A stretch of 64,000 bases of DNA from Dimorphilus gyrociliatus. Its lineage: Eukaryota; Animalia; Annelida. Every line of letters starts with the position of its first letter. Position 1 is the first letter of the stretch. The notes beneath the pieces are model-generated. The model saw nothing but the letters and a program-made list of their open reading frames with translations, was not told where the DNA came from and did not search any database. A program made the position numbers and the translations under genes. Below are positions 55,231 through 64,000 of the stretch, piece by piece. The stretch covers positions 682,001 through 746,000 of the forward strand of contig CAJFCJ010000017.1 of the NCBI GenBank assembly GCA_904063045.1. Direction: 5' to 3'.

Positions 55231-56235
55231 ATGTTTTCTTCATCGGTTAAAGATTATATTGTTACCGACAAATTAGGAGAAGGAACTTATGGAGTAGTTT
55301 ATAAGGCAAAGTTTAAAGAAACAAATGAAATTGTTGCTATGAAAAAGATTCGTTTAGAAAATGAGGATGAAGGTATTCCAAGCACAGCTATTAGAGAAAT
55401 TTCTATGCTACGAGAATTGAAGCACCAAAATGTTGTTCGGTAATTAACAATTTTTTTTTTAAAAAAAACAAACTATCTCAAGAGTAAATAGCCTGCAGGA
55501 CATAATACTTGAGGAAAATAGAATATACTTGATATTCGAATTTCTTAGTATGGATCTCAGGAAATATATGGATGCTCTTCCAGATGAAGAACAACTTCCA
55601 TTTGACCTTGTGCAAAGTTATTTGCATCAAATTATAACGGGAATGAGATTTTGCCATGAACGAAGAGTACTTCATAGGGACTTGAAACCTCAAAATTTGT
55701 TAATAGATAGGACTGGCTTGATCAAATTGGCTGATTTTGGGCTTGCCAGAGCATTTAGTGTTCCTGTGCGAGTCTATACTCATGAAGTTGTCACTTTATG
55801 GTATAGGGCCCCGGAAGTTCTTCTCGGTTCCGAATATTACTCGACGCCCATAGATATCTGGTCTATTGGATGTATTTTCGCGGAAATGACTAATAAAAGA
55901 CCGCTATTTCATGGTGATTCAGAAATTGATCAAATACTAAAGATTTTTAGGTTAGTTAGCGACGTCATTAAAGTAACATTTATTTGAACTTAAGAATTTC
56001 GTACAGAACTTTATCAACACCAACAAACGAAACTTGGCCTGGTGTTGAAAATCTACCAGATTATAAATCCATTTTTCCAAAGTGGCATTTAAACATTTTA
56101 GCTGACAGGTGCCCGAATATGTGCGCTGAAGGTTTGGATCTGCTAAGGAAAATGATAAGTTATAATCCCCGTTCTCGCATTAGTTGCAGAGAAGCAATGT
56201 ACCATCCTTATTTTGAAAATTATAGAGGTTTATAG
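55231..56235 (+). CDS. CDK1: Cyclin-dependent kinase 1
   Basis: [40 protein letters not shown] and [13 protein letters not shown]. Three coding exons. Confidence 0.93.
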
Positions 56236-56256
56236 GTTAATGATGGCAAAATATTT

Positions 56257-56864
56257 TTATGAGGAATAAGGCCCGAATGTGGGCCTCCCATCCACACCTA
56301 AATTTTGCCAGTTTATCCATGATAATCTTGCGGTTAAGTCTATAAAAAAATATGTTTATTAATTGAAAAAAAATATATCTCTGCAGATGATAGTAAATCA
56401 ATATAACAGTCGTACCGCTTGTATTCCACAAAACCGATTCTCTTTCTTCAGATCTTAAACATGTGTCAATATACTGAACTGGATGAATGTCAGCTTCTAA
56501 GAGGTCGCCCAAAAGTGCAATATAGGCGATTGCCAGCTTGAGGGTATCAATTTTTGACAGCCGTTTTTCGTATGGAAAAGTAGGAACATGAACTCTCAGT
56601 TCTTCAAAAGCACTATTTATGCTCATCATTCTCCTTCTTTCTCGAACATTAGCGGCCTGCCTAGTCTGGATTGTGTAGGGAATACCATTTGGGTCGTAGT
56701 GAATTGTTAATGAATCATCTCCGCATCTGTGTTATCCGTTTGTTAACATTAAAAGAAGCAGAAATAAAACAAAACAATAAGTACACTCACCCACAGTCGA
56801 ATTGCTGATATTCGTAAAGGCAGGAAGAACGATATTCACTCTCATCTTTTGCTAATGTAGACAT
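56257..56864 (-). CDS. Fer2: bHLH transcription factor Fer2 (48-related 2, PTF1A family)
   Basis: [51 protein letters not shown] plus the spliced C-terminal motif [15 protein letters not shown]. Three exons. Confidence 0.88.
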
Positions 56865-57171
56865 GTTAATTGTTCCCCAGCGTTTTTCCAAGTGTCGGCG
56901 TTCTTGTTTATATACTCCTCGCGATTGAAATGACAAAATCATACGGCGTCGACAAATTAGCGTTAAGACGGTGTCAATACCACTCGACCGCGATTACGCG
57001 CCGGCGTCGCTTTAAAAAGAGCGTCTGTCCGTGACAGCCCTTAAGGGCGTTCTTTTAGCGGTGTTCACGCTCTACGTGCGTAAGTGTTTAATTAAACTCG
57101 CGTGTAATTTTTTTTTTGTATTTATTTAGATGTTAAAAAAATATATATTCTGCATTAGTATTCCTGATTGT

Positions 57172-58261
57172 TTACTCATTACTAACATTCTGTTCTTTCT
57201 CATTTTCCCAATGTCCACACAGGGTTTTTAAATTGACGGCAGCTTGTAAAGCTCTTGTGGCAACTTTAAGTTTACGACTCGCATTAAAATCTTTCAATTT
57301 AGCCAAGGCATCATTTGGTATCGGCATGGACGGAGCCGCTTTTCCTTCGACCCATCTATGCTTTAAAGCTTTCGTTGCGGATGGGCGCTTCTTTGGATCT
57401 GCTTGCAGCAAGCTAGCTATAAAATCTTTTCCATTTTGAGATACATCATCCCACCAAGGATGGGCAAATTCATAATCGCAATTTAAGATCTTCTTATAAG
57501 CAATTTTATCATCTTCATGATAGAACGGTTCATAACCGCACAATAGAATGTAGGCTATAACCCCAACAGACCAAATATCAACTGACTTGTCATAGTCTTT
57601 GCCAAGAAGGACTTCAGGCGCGCAATATCCTGGTGTTCCGCAAACGGTAGTTGTCTGTATTTCATTCGGTAGCATCTTCGACAAACCAAAATCTGCGACC
57701 TTTAAATTAGAATCTTCAGATTTATTTTCATAGAGTAGATTTTCAGGTTTCAAATCGCGATGAACAACATCATTTTCGTGTAAATATTCAACTGCCTGTA
57801 GCATATGCCTTACACAAGTAGCAGCATCCCTTTCACTATAAAATCCTTTTTGGATTATTCTATCAAATAACTCCCCTCCTGTGACATATTCTAGGATAAG
57901 AAAGATTTGGTCATCAGTTTCGTATACTTCTTTTAAACGTATCTGAATATAAACAAAGTACAGAAATCATTACACGTAGTCAAGGAATACTATTACAAAA
58001 AGATCAATTAAATAAACAACTTACAATGTTTGGATGATTGAGTTTTAACAGTATACCAATTTCTGTTCTAACCACTTTCTTTTCTACCCTTTTCTTAATT
58101 ATTTTCACTGCCCATTCCTTTCCAGTTTTTCTATGTGTACATTTACGTACTACAGATGTTGCGCCACTTCCTAATTCTTCATGTAAATCGTATACATCAG
58201 GAAAAAGAACATCAGTTAGGCTCTCTTGAATCCATTTCTTGTCAGTCTTTGGCTTCGGCAT
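57172..58261 (-). CDS. CAMK4: Ca2+/calmodulin-dependent protein kinase IV
   Basis: ELGSGATSVV, VEKKVVRTEIGILLKLNHPNI, TVCGTPGYCAPE, ILLCGYEPFY and LKDFNASRKLK. An in-frame upstream ATG at 58303 is an alternative start. Confidence 0.88.
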
Positions 58262-58420
58262 ATCTGTTTTCGTGTAACCAAGCAACGCGCCATATTTGAC
58301 CATGACCTCCGATTGTCGCCGGAAACAGAAACAAATCGATAATAAAGGGTTTCACAGGCTGAACGTTTTCAATTTTTTTTTAAAACATAGATTAAATTAT
58401 CAGTTTGGATTTTTCATTAT

Positions 58421-61400
58421 ATGGCGTCTTACCAAAGACGACGTCAAGGAGAACGAGGTAATTGGAGTTTTTTTTTTAGAAAATCTTTATTTTTTATAAC
58501 TGTTTTAGGAGAAGATTATCCAAAAAAAGGTCGACCTCCACCAGGTCTTAAAGGAAGAGAAATTGGCCTCTGGTACAGAGATAGACAAAAGCAGCGTAAC
58601 AAGGAGCTGGAGCATGAAAATCGTGAAAGCGTCAATATGAATCATGCAAATGAAAAACGTTTAAATGAATTGCTGACAAATATTAAATCCAGTGGGTTTG
58701 AGGATGAGAAATCAGCTGCCGAATTGTTTGAAGGAAGTATTCCCACCTCTGCTGGACCAGCTGGTCTATCAGGAGGTATGATTTTAAAAGATGAAGTTAA
58801 AGAGTCTTGGGAAGATGAAGATTCAAGCGAAGAAGAATCAAATAATGAAGATGATTTTGAGTTTGAGGAGACAGATATTGTTTTCTTAGATAAGGAAGAT
58901 ACAGCGAAATTTACAGAATACGCCCACTTACAACCAGATAAAAGTAAAAGTGAACCATTTGAAGCAAATACCGATCAAGACTTCGAATCTAATATTTATG
59001 ACGAATTTCAAAGTAAAAAAAGTTCAAAGGAATATAAAGAAAAGCTAAAATTTAGACAAAAATTGCCTGCTTTTGAGAGAAGAGAAGTTTGTATTAAAAA
59101 CAAGAAAAAAAAGTGATAAAATTTCAAAATAACTTTTATATTTAATAGGAAATTATGGAAAAAATCAAAAGTAACCAAGTTTTACTTATATCTGGAGATA
59201 CAGGATGCGGTAAAACTACCCAAGTACCTCAATTTATTCTTGACGATGCCATTGAAAGACAATGTTCTTCATCTTGTTATATAGTTTGCACGCAACCTAG
59301 ACGAATCAGTGCTATATCCGTAAGTGCATAACACATAAAGTATCGACAATTTTATGACTATTTGATTTTGTTAATAGATAGCGGAGAGAGTTGCCCAAGA
59401 ACGAGCCGAAAAAGTTGGAAAAAGTGTTGGCTTTCAAGTTCGACTGGAACGGTATAGACCTGATATTTTTTTTCTATCAAATCCAAGATAACTATTAGAC
59501 AATCCATAATATTCATCTTATAGAACTGAGTCAAGAAAACAAGCATCGATTCTTTATTGTACAACAGGAATTATACTTCAGTGGCTGGCAAGCGATAGGT
59601 AATGCATGACTGCGTTGGTCCAAAATAGATTAGTATTTATGACATATCTACTTTATCATGGATGATTTTCCTTAAGAATATTTGCGCTCAAGCATAAACT
59701 CTGTGAAAGAAAATATTTTTACGTTTATAGTTCACTAAATATAATTTTCTTTGATAATTATTCATTTATATAATTGTCAAATTATATTTTATCTCATATC
59801 CTTTATTTTTTTCCTTTCTTTAGAAATCTCAACAAAGTATCTCATATTATCGTTGACGAAATTCACGAAAGAGATATGCTAACCGACTTTTTGATGATTG
59901 TACTAAGAGATTTGTTGGAAATTCGATCAGATTTGAAGATTATCTTAATGAGTGCCACGGCCAATGCCGACGAATTATCAGCTTATTGGTACAATTGTCC
60001 TATTTATTTTATACCGGGTAGAGTGTTTCCAGTTCGCGAATATTTTCTTGAAGATATTATTGAGATGCTAAGATACGAGGCAGAAAGTAGTTTTGGTCCA
60101 AGGTCTAGGTTCAAGCAGAGCGAGTTCATAAAATACGAACAGTGGCTCAGATCGTTACCTCATAAAAAATATTCCTCTCTTACTATTGAATCATTAAGAA
60201 GAGCAAATTTCTCAAGAATAGATATACCTCTAATAACGAAACTTATTGAATATGTATGCCGAAATTACGGGGACGGAGCTATATTAGTTTTTCTACCAGG
60301 ATTAGGAGAAATTAGCGACCTAAATAGAGCTTTATCTAATTCACCAGTTTTAAGATGCATGAAAACACTTATTATACCCCTACATTCTCTAATGCCAACG
60401 GTTAATCAGCGTGAAGTATTCGAAAAAACAGCTGGAGGCCTCAGAAAGATTATTTTAGCAACGAATATTGCCGAAACGTCTATTACAATTGATGATGTTG
60501 TCTATGTAATTGATTGCGGAAAGCGTAAACTAAAGAAAGTGGACTTGGCATTAAACGTTGCAAAATTAGAATTAGACTGGGTAAGCAAAGCGTCGGCCAC
60601 TCAGAGGAAAGGAAGAGCGGGTCGTTGTCAACCGGGCGTTTGTTTCCATCTAATTAGTGGATTTCAATACGAACGACTGAGCGAATTTGACTTACCGGAA
60701 ATTTTACGAACGTGTCTCGAGGAAGTCTGCTTGCATGTCAAATTACTGAAGTTAGGCAAAATAGTTCCGTTTTTGACAAAGGGAATATCGAGGCCGGAAG
60801 AAAAAGCTCTTGAGAACGCGTTAAAAACTCTCGTTCAAATTCATGCCTTAAACGCCGATAATGAAGAACTTACGGCACTTGGTTGGCATATTGCAAGAAT
60901 GCCTGTTGATCCCCACTGTGCCAAAATGTTAATATTCGCTGGTTTATTCTCTTGTGTTGACCCTATTTTGACTATAGCAGCTGCTTTGTCCTACAAAGAT
61001 GCATTTTATTTTCCCCTTTCAAAGGAGCAAGAAGTTAGAAAATGTAAAAGAATTTTAGATGGTGATTCTCAAAGTGATCACCTTTTGTTAGCCAGAGCGT
61101 TTAGCGGCTGGGAAAAAGCTTGTTCTAACGGTGCTGCGGCCGGAAATGCGTATTGTGACGAGAATTTTCTTTCTAAATCTGTTTTAAAATTATTATCAGG
61201 AATGAGACGTCAATTAGCAAGTCTCCTCAGGGATATGGGCTTTGTTTCTTCTAGTGATCCTTATCATGGTGCATCAAATTACAATTCTTCTAATGAAAAA
61301 CTTGTTAGGGCCGTGCTGAGTGCTGGCCTATACCCAAATGTTGTAAAGATCCGTTATAAGGATGGGAAACCCAAACCGCATTGTCCTCGATATGTTATAG

Positions 61401-61882
61401 AAAGCGAGTCGGGAGGGAAGAAAATACATATTCACAAGAGCTCAGTAAATTTTTTGAGAGATATTTTCTCCTCTTCATGGCTTGTTTATCACTTAAAAAT
61501 GGCAACTGATAAATTATATATTTTCAATTCTACACCAGTTAGTCCTTATTCTCTGTTCTTTTTCGGAGGTCAAATTCAATTTAGAAGGGAAAGAGATCAG
61601 GATTGTATAGTTGTTGATGATTGGATTGTCTTCCGGTGCTCTCAGAAAATTGCCAATTTAATAGGGGTATAAATATTTATTATATTCAAATTGGCCTATT
61701 TTTCAATTTTTTTTCTATAGGAATTAAGAAACGAACTAGATTCGTTACTGGACTATAAAATATCTAAACCATCGCCAACTAACTGGGACCGGCAATCAAA
61801 AGAAGGAGCTCTTATGAGAGCAATAATTGATTTAATAATCACGGAAGAGGCTTCTGTTCCAAAAAATGTTTTAAAGAAATAG
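58421..61882 (+). CDS. DHX36: DEAH-box G-quadruplex helicase DHX36 (RHAU)
   Basis: DHX36-specific motif [51 protein letters not shown] and QRKGRAGR. Confidence 0.95.
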
Positions 61883-62932
61883 TCAAATCAATTATTCTAC
61901 TTATAATATTTGACTTAGTTTTGTAATCAATAATGCAATACATTCTAAATGTCGCGTTGTATTTATTTTTCCCGCCTTAGTAAACGGACGTCAGCTTTAA
62001 CCTTGTCAATAGAGCTTCATCTTCAAAATGACAGTTCAAGACATTCCCAAATACACGCGAGAGGGGGAAAAAATCAACCAAATCCACGTTGAATCTCATA
62101 TGACTAACCCTAAGCCCAACTAACAAGAAATGAAATTCCTAAGGGAAAGTTCCCCAAGTTGGTATGAAAAAGAAAAGGCAGCAAAAATTTACAAACACAA
62201 ATTCTTTACATCTCTCTCTCTCTCCCTCTTTTTCTTTTGGCGAAAAGCTTAGATTATACAAAATGATATCAAATATTTATGTTCTAAATGATATGCGATA
62301 CAAGTTATCTTTGTGTACATAAAAGTACTTTTAGTTGATTGATTTTTTTCCCCTTCATACACATTTTATTTCCGGTTTACTTAAATTGCAAATAAAAAAG
62401 CTGTCAGTTTTTACATGTATGATTTATCATTTATATTGATTTATTCTTGACAAAGGCTTTTAAAATAAGCTTTATTCCAGGGTTTTATATCATTTTGTTT
62501 TTATCTCTTCTCTTCTTTTTTTTTATATTGAATGATTGTTACGAAGACTATTTACAGGATGTTTTTATGAGTACATACTCAAAAGCGCCTATAAATATCT
62601 TTCATTCTCTATCTCCTTCGAAATGATGGATTTATATTACCATATATACTATATATATAATATAGTATATTTATATTGTTTATATTGTATTGTTCTAAAT
62701 GGTCAGCATACGGAACAATTAGATTAATAGTTTGCTTAAATAAGCAAAAGAAATTTCCTTAAAATCAACATTATCGTGTATATTTATATTCAATTGTGCC
62801 AGCAAAGAAGTCTGTAGCATTTGATTTCTGTTTTTCATAAACATAGCTCACTAAGAAATTCGTCTGTAATAACATTTTCTTTATCAGTAGTAATATTTAT
62901 CATAAACTATATATTTTTTAATGATGATTACA

Positions 62933-62950
62933 ATTATTATTATTATTATT
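62933..62950. repeat. (ATT)n microsatellite
   Basis: Six ATT units. Confidence 0.8.
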
Positions 62951-63346
62951 ATGAGATCGAAACATCTTGAATCTTTTATTAGTGTGATGAATTACTTTCA
63001 TCTTTTTTTTTCCTGTTTAATTATTCATATCTTAAAGATTTATGAATAGCAAACCATATAAAACAAAAAAAATGATATTACGTAAATATTGAATGATTTT
63101 ATTAAATATGTAGATTTGATAGTATTACTCTAAATAGATATACTTGTAAACAAAACAATTATCAATCTATCTGATGTAACACACACTAAATTTAGTTTTT
63201 ATTTGAACAGCGGTTTACAGTTTCAAAGCCCTTTCCGGCTCCTGTTCATTGGTTAATTTCGGTAAGTAACGCCATCTATCAATTCGAGAATTTTTAGAAT
63301 TCGTGAAAATTTGTTAAAATAAACGAACTTGTAGCAAGTTAACAAA

Positions 63347-64000
63347 ATGGCGCTTACGTGTGCGAGTAAGTAAACAAGTTTTTTGCTTTATTTTGCATAT
63401 TAGTATGTTATTTTTTGCGATTATTAGAATTAACTAATGCATTGTAATGAGAAAGTATAGTTTATAATTTGAAATTTGAAACAAAAATGTGTACAATAAC
63501 AAAAGTCTCACATTGGGCGATAAAAGGATACCGGGTGTATCGCATTCTCTACGTTTGGGTCTCGATAACCACCTGATGCTTATTTTTCAGTAAGTAACGA
63601 AGTTCCCGAACATCCTGTTATTTCACCTGTTTCGGGATGCATTTTTGAAAGGCGATTGGTAGAAAAGTATATAGCTGAAAATGGAGTGGACCCAATGAAC
63701 CATGAAAAGTTAAACGAAGATCAGCTAATACCTGTAAAAAGTGAGTGAGATACGATATATGACGTAACATAGATTATAAATATTAAATACTTTAGCTTCT
63801 ACATTGGTCAAGCCAAGACCACCATCAGCTACGAGCATTCCGGCTATTTTGAAATCGCTACAGGACGAATGGGTTAGTTTGATTTGTATATTGTTACAAT
63901 AAACAGAGGTAATGTAAGAAATTATTTTCTATCGCAGGATGCGGTTATGTTGCACAGTTTCACATTGAGGCAACAACTTCAAACGGCTAGACAGGGTGAG
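63347..64000 (+). CDS. PRPF19: Pre-mRNA processing factor 19 (U-box), 5' part, truncated by the window end
   Basis: [76 protein letters not shown]. Confidence 0.95.

Noticed and set aside
58262-58303. Out-of-frame upstream ATG (58293) as a regulatory uORF of CAMK4
   Set aside because: The TSS is unknown, and an in-frame ATG at 58303 lies further upstream, so the claim cannot be supported from sequence alone.
59766-59822. ATATCCTTT resembling a U12-type 5' splice site in DHX36
   Set aside because: It lies in the pyrimidine tract of an ordinary GT-AG intron, and no matching exon phase or AC acceptor is needed.

Overview
This is AT-rich, gene-dense eukaryotic (metazoan) DNA with mostly 50-70 nt GT-AG introns, not prokaryotic. 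The compactness, gene content and U14 guide sequence suggest a protostome with a miniaturised genome, possibly the annelid Dimorphilus (inference, not verified). I assembled 21 spliced protein-coding genes by eye: ankyrin-repeat protein, FBXL5, GINS4, AGPS, mS38/AURKAIP1, PMPCB, CWH43, POLR3C, MPDU1, a SAM-SH2-RasGEF-like BCAR3/SH2D3 homolog, an atypical Rho-like GTPase, an NWD1/2-like NACHT-WD40 protein, a TspanC8 tetraspanin, NUP133, Hsc70, CRAMP1, CDK1, Fer2 bHLH, CaMKIV, DHX36 and the 5' part of PRPF19. Nine identical tRNA-Asp(GTC) genes lie in two tandem arrays with shared, mosaic spacers, and a U14 C/D snoRNA sits in an Hsc70 intron. I saw no transposon, CRISPR array or rRNA. The strongest leads are the intronic U14 (with a guide mismatch), an apparent PTS2-to-PTS1 switch in AGPS, the tRNA arrays, a SAM domain split across two small exons missed by the ORF track, a Rho-like protein lacking switch II/CAAX motifs, and CDK1/Fer2 stop codons only 21 bp apart. 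CDS coordinates are gene spans including introns, and exon boundaries were read manually.
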